DNA of 64,000 nucleotides, taken from the NCBI GenBank assembly GCA_964592155.1, contig CAZQDA010000001.1, forward strand, positions 17,149 to 81,148, given 5' to 3'. Made by a program: the position numbers and the translations under genes. Source of the stretch: an uncultured Christensenella sp. GTDB taxonomy: Bacteria > Bacillota > Clostridia > Christensenellales > Christensenellaceae. The notes below the pieces were generated by a model, which worked only from the letters and a program-made list of their open reading frames with translations, did not search any database and was not told the origin of the DNA. Positions 38,387 to 49,122 of the stretch are shown in pieces; the stretch's first letter is position 1, and each line of letters begins with the position of its first letter.

Positions 38387-38458
38387 TGCTCTATGGTGTA
38401 ATTGGCAACACACAAACTTTTGGCGTTTGGATTTTAGATTCGAGTTCTGATGGAGCAA
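38387..38458 (+). tRNA. tRNA-Gln(TTG)
   Basis: Acceptor TGCTCTA/TGGAGCA, anticodon arm CAAAC-TTTTGGC-GTTTG, T arm TTAGA-TTCGAGT-TCTGA. Confidence 0.88.
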
Positions 38459-38495
38459 CAATGGCAATAAAGCCATTATATAAATACACAAATAT

Positions 38496-38768
38496 ATGTA
38501 CACATTAAGAAAAATTACAAACGAAAATGTAGAAATGAACATTGGATTAGGCAGTGAATACACTTTAATCCGAAAAGAAACATGCGAAAAAGAGTTTAAT
38601 TTCTTTTGTCAGCGATTTGATTACACAGATGAAGATGTTGAAAGAGATGGTATTTATGCTATTATTTCGAGTTATGATGGCAGTAAGTTAATTCCTTTAT
38701 ATAAATGTCAGTTGAACTTCATTATGACTGAAAACGGTAAAACTTTTTCAAATGTTACATTTAAGTAA
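38496..38768 (+). CDS. Hypothetical protein within tRNA cluster 2
   Basis: ORF track. Confidence 0.65.
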   Translation: MYTLRKITNENVEMNIGLGSEYTLIRKETCEKEFNFFCQRFDYTDEDVERDGIYAIISSYDGSKLIPLYKCQLNFIMTENGKTFSNVTFK

Positions 38769-38770
38769 CG

Positions 38771-38929
38771 CTTGCCCAAATGGTAAGTTGTATGGCGAGA
38801 GCTGAAAATGCTCCCGATCGCATTGCCTAAAGTTGCGCTCTTATCTTCGGGATAAGTTTAATATTCCCATTTGTCCCTGACTACAAACTTATGGGTGTAG
38901 ACGTGTAGTGTTCACGGTTATCAAAACAC
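38771..38929 (+). ncRNA. Candidate structured RNA ending in an H-type pseudoknot
   Basis: Series of hairpins; CGTG/CACG stem with loop GTGTT pairing AACAC. Confidence 0.45.
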
Positions 38930-38932
38930 ATT

Positions 38933-38962
38933 GAGCCTATCATTAACTTGGTAGGCTCTTTT
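38933..38962 (+). terminator. Intrinsic terminator ending the rightward arm
   Basis: GAGCCTATCA/TGGTAGGCTC stem followed by T4. Confidence 0.8.
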
Positions 38963-39260
38963 CAATTTACAAATCGCAAATATCGCTATCTTTATGTTTG
39001 AGTAACATTATGTTTGCATTGCATATATTAGCCAAAATTTAGCATAAAGTAAGTTATATCCTACATTATTTGTCATTTTAAGACTTAATGAATGATATAG
39101 CATACATTATTTGCTATGAAAAAATGGAAATATTCACACTTTTTAGTACATAAAAATGTAACTGCTCAAATAGTATCATTTAGGTTCAAATAAGGGCTTA
39201 ATTGCCACTATGTTATCACTTATTTTGCATTATTATCATAGGTTATGAAAATGATGCAAT

Positions 39261-39285
39261 AAAAAAGCCACCCCTAAGAGTGTCT
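39261..39285 (-). terminator. Probable terminator ending the leftward arm
   Basis: On - strand: AGACAC/GTGGCT imperfect stem followed by T6. Confidence 0.5.
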
Positions 39286-39290
39286 AAATT

Positions 39291-41307
39291 CTAACTTACT
39301 ATTCCAATACATTCCCTATTTTTATCATCTTCATTTTTCATAAAGGAAATAAAAGCACCTATTGACATTGTCCCTATTGCATCGTTTAATTGCTCTATTT
39401 GATATTCGCTTTTATCAATATTATCAATTACCGACTGCAACCTAACCATTTCGTCATCTGTTATTCGTTTATTAAACATCTGCATAAATAACATATCAAT
39501 CATTTCTCTGGGCATATCCTTCTCAACAGTTAAGTTTAATTTAATATTTATTTTATCCATAATTTCACACGATTACCGCCATCGTGAGGTTTTAGTTATT
39601 AATATTATTTTAAGCATCTATTTCTGAATACAATTCTTTGCTGCACTTGCAACATTCAACTTCATAATCAACATAAGCATAATCTTGTATATATCCGCAT
39701 TCATCACCTGCATCATAGTCAATCGAATCACTAAATTCTCTGTTTGAATTTATTTCACTCAATCTATTTTCAATACATTTTTTGCAATAGAAGTTATTAT
39801 CCTCTTCGTAATATATCCAATTTGCTAATTCCTTGTCCATAATTTTATTTTAATTAATCTTTCTGCAAAGGTAGTGAAAATTATTGAATATCCAAAATGT
39901 CTATTGAAGATTAATCCGCATAAGCACTCAAAATTGTTTCAATAGCAGTATTTATTTTTTTGTGAATACTAAGTTTTAATTTAGTATTCACCTTATTATC
40001 TGTTATATCTCTAATCATATTATTTACTGCTCTAAGTTCCGATAACATTAGCTCATTATTGAATAGAATTGAATCAAACTTTTTGAAATGCTCATTATAT
40101 CCTTTTTGAATTATGCTCTCTATTTGTTCCTTATCCGCATTGTAGCAAGAAGTAAGATAATCTAATTTACCACGAGTTTTGCCACTATATTCAGATTTAA
40201 AAGGATATGTATTAAAAGCTGTAACATACTTTATCCCACTATGGGTTGAGTTGCCCCATATTTTATTATTCTTTGTCTGTTCATAGCCAACATTCCCCTT
40301 AAATTCCATACCAAGCTCTTTGAACTTATTAGCAACTATATCTAAACACGCTACCTCTCTATTATAAATAAACATAATAGGGTCATTGCCACCATTTATA
40401 TATTCCGAGCTTATATATTTGTTTCCCGTATCAATAACTGACTCTACTATTTCCACAAGATAAGGCTCGCCTTTCAGTGTAATCTCTTTATGTATTGCAG
40501 AGTGAATTTCTTTAAACTTTCTATATTCAAATTCATCTTCAAGCGATTGCCATTTGTATGTTGGCTCATCATCTCTATAATTACTTTCTACTTGAATCCT
40601 TTTGCTTAAAAGTTTATTCTCTGCTTCCACATAAGATTCAACAGAAACTTCTTCCGTCCCATTTTTAAGATAATAAGCGATTACTTTATTTACAAACATT
40701 GAGCAGATGTTATGAACATCTAATACTTGAATTTTTGCCGAATATTGGTCTATATCAACGAGCTTGTCGTCTACTACATATTTACCCCTATAAAGTTCTA
40801 CGGAATAATAATCGGACTCTTTGAATTTAATTGCTTTCATTTTAATTAATTTTAATTGATTATGCCACAAAGGTAATAAAAAAATCCGAAGTACCAAAGT
40901 AATTCGGAATTATTTTTCATAATGTATCATATTATATACAAAACTGCCTATTTTTGTTCATTATTAGATAAGTTATGTTCATTTTCACTGAACTCGATTA
41001 AATATTGAACATATCTGTCTTTTGCTTTATCGTATTCTTTATCCCAATACCATTTATTATACCATTTAGCATTGTCTTGTTTTACCGAGCAATAAAGGTA
41101 TCTGCCATAGATAAATTCATACATAAATATGATAGACAGATTATTAAATACTATTCTCGCCTTATCGCTATCTTTAATTAGCTTTTGAGTAGCCTTTACA
41201 AGTTTTTTGGTTTCTTTTCTGTATGCTCTAATAACTATATACTTAAATCTAAAAGCATAGTATTTAACCTTGAGTATAAAGATTATTGCCTTGATATATT
41301 TTATCAT
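39291..41307 (-). other. Hypothetical genes 39291-39560, 39610-39840 (Cys-pair Zn-binding), 39911-40897, 40948-41307; -7 promoter elements at 39866-39873 and 40868-40875
   Basis: ORF track; CAAAGGTA on + strand (TACCTTTG on -) twice. Confidence 0.6.
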
Positions 41308-41999
41308 AGTTTATTTATTTTAAACTCCCCATTTTCAATAACAAGATAACTGCCATCTCCGTGTTCTAAACAGTCAGTAAAAGCAATATTATCCTCTATC
41401 GTAACTGTTCTTTTCGGAGTATGCCCTACAACTTGGCGGAACCCATCAATTTTATCCTCTTTCAGCGAATAAGGTCTAATCCACAACGGACTTTGGAATA
41501 CATCATCACCATAAGGCGAGGTTCTAAACGACCTACTTTGAAAAATAAACGGCTTATAATTGCGCAAAAATAACTCATTAATTTGAGTGTCGATAGTGTC
41601 ATCTATATCTATGCCGTTATCATCGCACCACGTTTTAGTAACCCCTGCGTGTGTGTATATCACATCATCCTCTTTGTGGCAAACTTTCATCTCACCGTTT
41701 TTGACAAGCTCGTCTAAGATATGGCTCATACAGACTTTTGTTTCGGGTCTATAACCACTACATTTTTGCCCGTGAGATAAATAATTTAGCTCGTGATTGC
41801 CGAGCAAAAGCACAACCTTGTCGGGCTGACTTCTTTTAAACTCAACAATATCCATAAAATTTGCGTGAATATCATCGCTTTTAATATCGAAAGAATCGAA
41901 CATATCTCCAAGTATAATCACCTTGTCATAAGTTTCATTTTCGACTATTTGTTTCCATTTAGAAAGTCCGTGTAAATCGCCAAGTGCTATAATTTTCAT
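41304..41999 (-). CDS. Calcineurin-like metallophosphoesterase
   Basis: GDLHG, GDMFD, GNHE, HAG and VGHT motifs. Confidence 0.9.
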   Translation of the reverse strand: MKIIALGDLHGLSKWKQIVENETYDKVIILGDMFDSFDIKSDDIHANFMDIVEFKRSQPDKVVLLLGNHELNYLSHGQKCSGYRPETKVCMSHILDELVKNGEMKVCHKEDDVIYTHAGVTKTWCDDNGIDIDDTIDTQINELFLRNYKPFIFQSRSFRTSPYGDDVFQSPLWIRPYSLKEDKIDGFRQVVGHTPKRTVTIEDNIAFTDCLEHGDGSYLVIENGEFKINKL

Positions 42000-42150
42000 T
42001 TTTATTGTTTTTTAATAAAATGTGGTTTATCTTCTCTTGCATAGCAATAAAAACTATTTGGACAATCCATAGTATGTTTCTTTATGCAGTTTGAACATTT
42101 TATCGGTTATTTGTTTTTAAATTTATTTAACAATTTCAATATATATTTTT

Positions 42151-45100
42151 TCATTTCCTCATCAATTTTTCATTATCACCAAACCAAAATTTACCGTCTT
42201 TATTAAAGCACCAAACGTCTGAAATTTCTCTTAATCGGACAAATTTAGTTACATCTTTCATTATTTTTCTGAATCTTTTATTGGCAGTCCGTTTATCTTT
42301 TTTATCACTACCACCTGTTACTCCGCAGATTGGAGTTTTTCGTTTACTTCGGGTCATCTTTCACAAATTCTTTATGCGGTGTAGTTAAATATTTATGATA
42401 TTTAGTTTTAAGTATATCATAATAATAGTTAGTCTTAACCTCTCCGTTTCTTATCCAAACGCAAGGATATTGCTCAATAAGCTCTTTTATTCTTTCAGTT
42501 CTACTACCTTTTGTCCGTTTAGAATAATACAGCCACGCCTCCCAAAATTGCATTTCAAACTCATTATCTTTTGTAGTCAGCCAAACCGCTATTTGTTTGC
42601 CGAAAAACACAAATGATAAAATAGGATTCCATTCGTGCCTAAACTCGTCATATTTAGTTTTCCAACCGAGAGTAACGAAGTCGAATCCGAATTTGCGGGG
42701 GACTCCTTTTAACCAACCGGTTTTCTCTTTATTTTTAATCCATTTACGCGGCAAGAAGTACGGAGTGCCTATCCTTATATCCCCAAAATAAAATCGCAAT
42801 TTAGGTTTCTTTAGCGGTGAAAAATATACGCCTAAAAACTCGAAATTGTATTTTAGTGAGTTGTATTTTCGTTTAATATATTTTTTCATATTGAGATATT
42901 TTTTCTGTATATCTTTTAAGTGCGACATCAAAAAACTCATCGCAAAAATCCATTAATGGAGTTATTGATGCAGGATATTTCTTACTGTATTCTCGCTTAA
43001 ATAAAACATATTCCTCTATTGTTGTGTGGTCTAAAACAAAGAGTACAAATTTAGACTTATGTTCATTTGGTTTATTTCTATAAGAATCTATATTTTTTTG
43101 AGTTATCTTTATTTCCGCTGATATAGTATCTATATTTTTAGCTTGTTTTTTCATATCGTCCTCTCCAAATGTTCTAAAAGTTCTTGTTTTGTGGCAAAAA
43201 TATCTGATTCATCCACCCATTTTTTAGATGAAGTTAGATAATATTCTTTAATATCCTTATTAAAGTACATAATGTTGTTTTCCTCGTCAAGTTCAAAATC
43301 GCCAGCCAATAATCTAAAACCACCTATTGTTTCAAATTTTAAAAAAGATTTACTTATAATTTTTTGTCCGACATCAAATTTACTTTTTATTTTCATATTA
43401 ATCAATTATTAGTTTTTCTCCGTTTTCTAAAGTTATTTGTATTGTGCAAGAAGCCCTATTTTGTATCTCTTTTATCCACTCCATATATCTTCGTATATGC
43501 CCTAAACAATATTGTTTTTCATTAGCATCAGCCTTTGCATATTTGTTATTCCAAAATTTTATTTCGTCATTAATTAACTCAATAGCTTTTTTAGTATTTC
43601 CGTTATATAGTTTTTCTATTTTCATAACTATTCTTTATTATACGTTTTAACATTGTGTTTTAATTCTCGTGGCACTGAAATTATAATCGGGTATGGAATA
43701 TGGTCAGATATACTTTCAGTTATAAAACTTTTCTTTTTGTAATCCCAATTATTGTAAGGAATAAAAGGGATAATGATGACATTAATTTCATACCCTCTAT
43801 CTCTAATTTCATCTACTGCCCTTTGAATATCACGAATAAAACTATTCTCGCTTATCTCAAACTCGAACAACTGAAACATATCTTTTTTAACTGAGATATA
43901 GATATGGTAGCTGTCGTTTACTATATCTTCATTTAATAGGACTTTTTTCATATCAATAATCAGTTGAAAGTGCCATTTTAATAGTTTCTTCGCCTAAAAT
44001 TTCTATTGCTTGTTGGGCTAATTGTTCGGTTTTGAATCTAACTACTTCAAATTTAGCCGTACCCGCACTATAAGAATATACGTTATCTCCAGCAATAGCA
44101 ATGGCGTAACTTTTTTCAAGGTTTATTTTATCATAAATAGGCGTAAAACTATTATCATTATTTAAGTATTTAGCAACTACTAACAACTTATTTATGGCGC
44201 AAAGCTTTCTTAATTGGTCTTTAGTTACAAAATTAAAATCAGCCGCTTCAGTATATCCCACTCTGTTTTCTATATGAAGAGCCACTTGGCTAACTTCGGG
44301 CATAAATGGTGGGTAATAACGTTCTTTAATTATCGTTTCATAACTAATCTTATTTATTTTCTTAAACACAACCTCATCAAAAGTGCTTTTCTCTTTGTCG
44401 ATTTCGTAGCCGTCTGGTGGCGTGATTTTTAGTGATTTTTCCATAATTATTTTTTATTTTTAGATTCCTTACTACTCAATATACAAGCTATCCCATATCC
44501 AATTATAGTTGGAAAGGCTATTACATAAAACCGCCAATCATTAATTTTAATATCGGCAACTATATTTAGGATAGTACCCAAATAAGCGGCAGTTAAATTA
44601 CCTATCAATGAACTTCCTCTCATCTTATTTCAAATTTAAACTTTCTTTCAATTTATCTGCTAACTCATCGGCAGATGTAACTATTTTTTCAGCAATCAAA
44701 TCAATGAACTGTTGCCCCATATCTTTTTTGATTTTGAATTTAAAACTTTCTTGGTCGCCATTTTCAAATTCAATATAACCATCGTATCTGTCATCTGCTC
44801 TTTCATCTGTGTAGCACGACCAACCTTTCTTAAAGCCGAAGTTGATTGATTTTAATTTCCAATCGTTTTTAATTTTATTCATAGTTTATTTGTTTAGTTC
44901 GGTGAGAAAATTTTGTACATAGTAACAGCATATTTCATCACATATATGTGTTGTGTTAATCTGGCATATTCCTTTATCGCTACGACATGTACACGCTTTC
45001 TTAAATGATTTATACGCCTTATATTTCAGCTCCTGCAACTCTTTGGCGTGGAGTTCTGTGAGTTCGGAAATTTGCTTATTGATATGTATATTAATATCTT

Positions 45101-45224
45101 TTTCAGCTGTTATTAATACGGCCAATAGCCATTTTTTAAAATAGGACTTATCTATAAACTCTCCAGTGTCTTCGCATATTTTATTTATTAAAAGGCTCGC
45201 TACTCGGCTCTTAATTTCGCTCAT
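42151..45224 (-). other. Array of small hypothetical genes (42151-42357, 42344-42940, 42873-43154, 43151-43405, 43398-43625, 43628-43951, 43953-44444, 44625-44882, 44886-45224)
   Basis: Tightly packed co-oriented ORFs. Confidence 0.6.
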
Positions 45225-46213
45225 ATCATTTGTTTTTTAAAGTGGTCGATTAGTTCGGATGGAGTGGATTTAACCCAATTTTTACTCATATTTGACGTGC
45301 AAGTCTCCCAATCTCCAAATTTAATATCTCCTTTATTTGCAGTAATACAATCACAGCCGTCAATATATGACCGAACGCACGTGTAGTAATGGTATCTATC
45401 ATTCTCATCGTTGATAGCGGCTATGGCTTTATAGCAGTCTTTTGATATTTTAATCCAATTATAACCTCCTGCTTTGCCATTCCTAAACATAGCCGCAGCA
45501 ATATGCTTTATTCCCGTTCTTTCTGTCGCCTCCGAAATCGATATAAATACATTTACTACATTGCCATCAATATCTATTTGGGCGACTGGAGTTCCATTAT
45601 TTCGCTGTGATTTTGTCATATTTATTTTTTGTAATTCAGTCCTAATAGCTCCCGTATGTGAATTGGATATTTTTTCATTTCGTGTACCATAGTTATTATT
45701 ATATAAATGATTACACCATTCTAAATTATCAGCATTGTTATTGTGTTTATTTTCATCTTTATGATTGATGCAATCAAAATTATTCGGATTATCTATAAAT
45801 GCACTCGCAACTATTCGGTGTACAAGAATGGTTTTATTTCTCCCATTATTAGATAATATTGCTGTCATATATCCATTATGATTTTGCCTTTGCGAAAGCT
45901 TTTTGGTTGGCAAATACACATTATTACCATTAACAATAAATGACCTCTCTAATGATATGATTTCGCCATCAATAGACACCTTATATATTCCTTCATATCC
46001 AATAACATCACGCCATTCATTGGTTAGGTCATAACTACAATTATGCTTTCCATAACATCTTTTGCAACACATATTATATCCTCTTTTTGTGCTATTTCGC
46101 TTTGAGAACATATATGTTGGTAGCCATTCACGACATTCAGCACAAAGCATTTTACCCTCTTTGATTATAAAATGTTCCGCTATATATTTCCCGTTATTTT
46201 TTACTTTTTTCAT
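45221..46213 (-). CDS. NUMOD4-HNH-NUMOD1 homing endonuclease with N-terminal Zn finger and foreign C-terminal tail
   Basis: EWRDVIGYEGIYKVS (NUMOD4), VHRIVASAF...NHKDENKHNNNADNLEWC (HNH). Confidence 0.88.
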   Translation of the reverse strand: MKKVKNNGKYIAEHFIIKEGKMLCAECREWLPTYMFSKRNSTKRGYNMCCKRCYGKHNCSYDLTNEWRDVIGYEGIYKVSIDGEIISLERSFIVNGNNVYLPTKKLSQRQNHNGYMTAILSNNGRNKTILVHRIVASAFIDNPNNFDCINHKDENKHNNNADNLEWCNHLYNNNYGTRNEKISNSHTGAIRTELQKINMTKSQRNNGTPVAQIDIDGNVVNVFISISEATERTGIKHIAAAMFRNGKAGGYNWIKISKDCYKAIAAINDENDRYHYYTCVRSYIDGCDCITANKGDIKFGDWETCTSNMSKNWVKSTPSELIDHFKKQMI

Positions 46214-46284
46214 AATTCAATCAGTTCTTTTCTCTGTTGCGCATCGCCTACTCGGACAAAGCACGGGTGTTTAAAGTTTGGCAT
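46210..46284 (-). pseudogene. 24-codon 5' fragment (MPNFKHPCFVRVGDAQQRKELIEL) of a gene interrupted by the HNH insertion
   Basis: Manual translation; its stop overlaps the HNH start. Confidence 0.5.
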
Positions 46285-46290
46285 ATTGGT

Positions 46291-46886
46291 TTATTTTATT
46301 AGTTCTTTTATTGTGTTTGCGATTATTACGTTCATTGATGCAAGCACTTCAAGATAATCGCTTTCTGTGGCAGCGTGTACATAGTGGCAATGTTCATTAC
46401 AGAACTCTTCGATTGCCTTCCTTACATCACTTTTTACTGCCTCGGCTCGATAAAAACTCATATCCCAATCACGATATTTGAATACAAGCCTGCCTCCGAT
46501 TTCTTGAAAGTGTATCATCTTTACAAAATCACCTCTCAATTTAGCACATAGGGTTGCGTCTGAAAACCCGATAAGCTGGCAGTCGAATATATCCTCAATC
46601 TCTATCGTATGACTTGTATGCGCCGGACGTGTGTATCTTATTGTTTCTTTATTCATATTCGTTTATTTTTCGGTTAAACTTCATACGGATTTTTCGGGAG
46701 GGAGTTGGCATCTATGGCTTCGCCTTTACGATAACATAAAGGATGTAATTCAATAGGTTGAATTTCGAGTAAACCTTGTGCAAGTTGAACTTCTTCAAGC
46801 CTGTCAATAATTTGCATTAATTTTTCTTTCTGTTTTTCTGTCGGTGTCATTGGTTGGTGGTTTTAATTAAATATAGTGCAAAGATA
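46291..46886 (-). other. Genes 46291-46656 and 46674-46850 (58 aa), with leftward promoter element at 46879-46886
   Basis: ORF track and manual translation; TATCTTTG on - strand. Confidence 0.55.
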
Positions 46887-47010
46887 ATAATAATTTTTCA
46901 ATAAAACAAATAAAAACTAAAATAAATTTTCGGATAGTGAAAAAAATGTATTGAAACACACGCACTTAAACTCAAAAACAATTTTCAGAAACTTATCGAA
47001 AAACGCTTTA

Positions 47011-47018
47011 TATCTTTG
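47011..47018 (+). promoter_or_regulatory. Promoter of the Cys/Gln-rich island
   Basis: TATCTTTG about 50 nt upstream of 47071. Confidence 0.7.
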
Positions 47019-47070
47019 TCCTTGTAACGTTACAAAAAAAATAATAATTTAAAAATCTAAAAGTAAATTT

Positions 47071-47754
47071 ATGGAATCTGTTGAAAGAGAAATTGACATG
47101 CTCGAAAGAGATATGGACAAAGCGGAACGTAAAGCCCGTGTAGGTCAAGGTTGGGGTATCGCTGGCGCAGTTGCTGGTGGTCTTGCTCTGTTGAATCAGT
47201 GGAATTGCGGTCGCGGTGGCATTCTTAATCTTGGTGGAAATTGTGGTCGCGGATGTGGTTGCGACAATGATGTTTATGTTGCAGGTCAACCTTCGGTTTA
47301 TACCGTGCAGGCTAAAGAGTGTGAGGATGCACTTGCATTAACTCGCTCGATCTATGATAATCGTATCGTAGATATAACCGAGAAAAATGAGTTAGAGCGT
47401 TATCTGTCTAACAAGATTGCTGCTAACGAGGCTAAAGACAATCAAACTGCTTTTGACCTTTACAAGTCTCAAAGAGATGGTTTTGATATTCTTAATAATG
47501 AAATTTCAAAAATTAAGTGTCAGCTTGCAGTAACAGACGCTGTTGCTCCTTGGCGTTATAACTCGCTCAAAGAGATGATTAACATCGAGGCTCAGAAGCG
47601 TTGCTGTGCAGATAATTCTATCGTAACCTATGCTAATGCTACTTTCTATCCGAAAGAAATCGCGAGCATTGTTACTGGAACTACTGTAACTCCTCAGCCT
47701 ACATACAATCCTCTGCCTTGCTGCGGAGATTGCTGTTGCGGCAATATGTTCTAA
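47071..47754 (+). CDS. Cys/Gly-rich protein of unknown function (13 Cys, one hydrophobic segment, coiled coil)
   Basis: GWGIAGAVAGGLALL, NCGRGCGC, RCC and CCGDCCCG; biased codon usage suggests high expression. Confidence 0.8.
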   Translation: MESVEREIDMLERDMDKAERKARVGQGWGIAGAVAGGLALLNQWNCGRGGILNLGGNCGRGCGCDNDVYVAGQPSVYTVQAKECEDALALTRSIYDNRIVDITEKNELERYLSNKIAANEAKDNQTAFDLYKSQRDGFDILNNEISKIKCQLAVTDAVAPWRYNSLKEMINIEAQKRCCADNSIVTYANATFYPKEIASIVTGTTVTPQPTYNPLPCCGDCCCGNMF

Positions 47755-47762
47755 ACAAAATT

Positions 47763-47792
47763 GGGAGGGGAAGAAATATCTCCTCCCTTTTT
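47763..47792 (+). terminator. Internal terminator/attenuator after the first island gene
   Basis: GGGAGGGGA/TCTCCTCCC stem followed by T5. Confidence 0.75.
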
Positions 47793-47813
47793 AACTTTTA
47801 ATAATAAATTATT

Positions 47814-48263
47814 ATGGCGATAAATATTTTTGGAGAAAATACAAGTGCTATACTTGACCCTCAAATGGCTAAATTGCAGGCAGAATATCAAAGACAACTG
47901 CAAGAATTGCACGCACAGAAAATGGGACATCCAATTCAACAACAACCGCAACAACAAGCATTGTGGGTTAAAGTTGATAACGAATTAAGCAATATGCCTG
48001 ATGAATATAAGAAAAAACTTATGGAATCACCAGAGTATATTGAGTTATCTGATAGATTAGGCTATTTAGTACAATCTAAATTAATGCATATGGTTATGCC
48101 TCAAATAGAGAATATGCCTGAAGGTAAGGAGATATTAGACAAACAATATAGTCTTATCAACCTAAGAAAATCATCAATAAAGAAAGAGGTTGATGCCGAA
48201 ATGGAAGAGTTTAGAAAATGGAAACAAGCATCAAATAATAACACTAACAATAACACGAAATAA
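47814..48263 (+). CDS. Gln-rich coiled-coil protein
   Basis: QQQPQQQ tract; helical C-terminus. Confidence 0.75.
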   Translation: MAINIFGENTSAILDPQMAKLQAEYQRQLQELHAQKMGHPIQQQPQQQALWVKVDNELSNMPDEYKKKLMESPEYIELSDRLGYLVQSKLMHMVMPQIENMPEGKEILDKQYSLINLRKSSIKKEVDAEMEEFRKWKQASNNNTNNNTK

Positions 48264-48264
48264 T

Positions 48265-48462
48265 ATGCCAAATACAGAATTAGCAACCATACATAGTCTG
48301 ATTAAAACTATTGACAATGCAATAGGTAATCTAAATGAGAGAGTTAAAAAACTCGAATCTAAAGAGCAGACAGCAGAACCGAAAGTAGCAAAAGCAAAAG
48401 AGGTAGGTGTAGTTGAAACTACCAATACCACACCTGCAAAAACTAATAAAACAGTGAACTAA
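48265..48462 (+). CDS. Small coiled-coil protein
   Basis: ATG at 48265, coupled to the next gene. Confidence 0.6.
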   Translation: MPNTELATIHSLIKTIDNAIGNLNERVKKLESKEQTAEPKVAKAKEVGVVETTNTTPAKTNKTVN

Positions 48463-48881
48463 TGACAGCAAAAGAACAAATATTATCGACCGTAAGTGAA
48501 TGGGCAGATAAGCAGATTAATAGTCTTGTAGCATCTAATCCTCGAATGAGTATGTTTGCTCCACGATTAAAGCAAGGTTTAGAGAATTACATTGATAAGA
48601 ACGAAAGTAAGATAGATAATATGCTTCTCTTTGTAACAGATAAAGATGGCAAATTAGATATTACCGACATGTTTGACGAAGGTATGCGTATGTTTCAAGA
48701 AATGCCTGTTCAAACTCACAAATTAATGGGTCTTAATACTCATGTAGGTCAAGGTGCAATAGAGATTAAAATGCCTGATAATTTCTTGGTATCTATGTTT
48801 ATGGGTAATACTGGGTCTATTAAGATAACAACTGCCGATATAATGGAATTAAAACAAATGTTAATGGCTAAGGCTATTTAA
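48462..48881 (+). CDS. Hypothetical protein (island)
   Basis: ORF track. Confidence 0.75.
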   Translation: MTAKEQILSTVSEWADKQINSLVASNPRMSMFAPRLKQGLENYIDKNESKIDNMLLFVTDKDGKLDITDMFDEGMRMFQEMPVQTHKLMGLNTHVGQGAIEIKMPDNFLVSMFMGNTGSIKITTADIMELKQMLMAKAI

Positions 48882-48883
48882 TT

Positions 48884-49111
48884 ATGACAAATTACACTTG
48901 CTCAAATAAGCCGTTGTGCTGTATTTGTCAGACTACACAGGATATATATAAACTTGTTAAGAATTTAAAGTGTGAATATAATATCGACCCAATAATGTCA
49001 ATATTAGAACAAATGCAGTCGGATATTAACGAGCTTAAATTGCAGTTTGAGTGTGCGTGTGAGTGCGATGATAATGGGCAAGGTAATGATGAAAATACTG
49101 AACAATTATAA
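48884..49111 (+). CDS. Small Cys-rich protein (8 Cys in 75 aa)
   Basis: CCIC and CACEC motifs flanking a coiled coil. Confidence 0.7.
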   Translation: MTNYTCSNKPLCCICQTTQDIYKLVKNLKCEYNIDPIMSILEQMQSDINELKLQFECACECDDNGQGNDENTEQL

Positions 49112-49122
49112 AAAATAAGAAT

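Noticed and set aside
29739-38500. HDV-like (theta) ribozymes at tRNA 3' ends
   Set aside because: I inspected the trailers of all seven tRNAs and found only simple hairpins or AT-rich spacers, with no nested double pseudoknot pattern.
39001-39016. dif (XerCD) site
   Set aside because: Only a partial TTATGTT arm-like match; no 28-bp two-arm structure.
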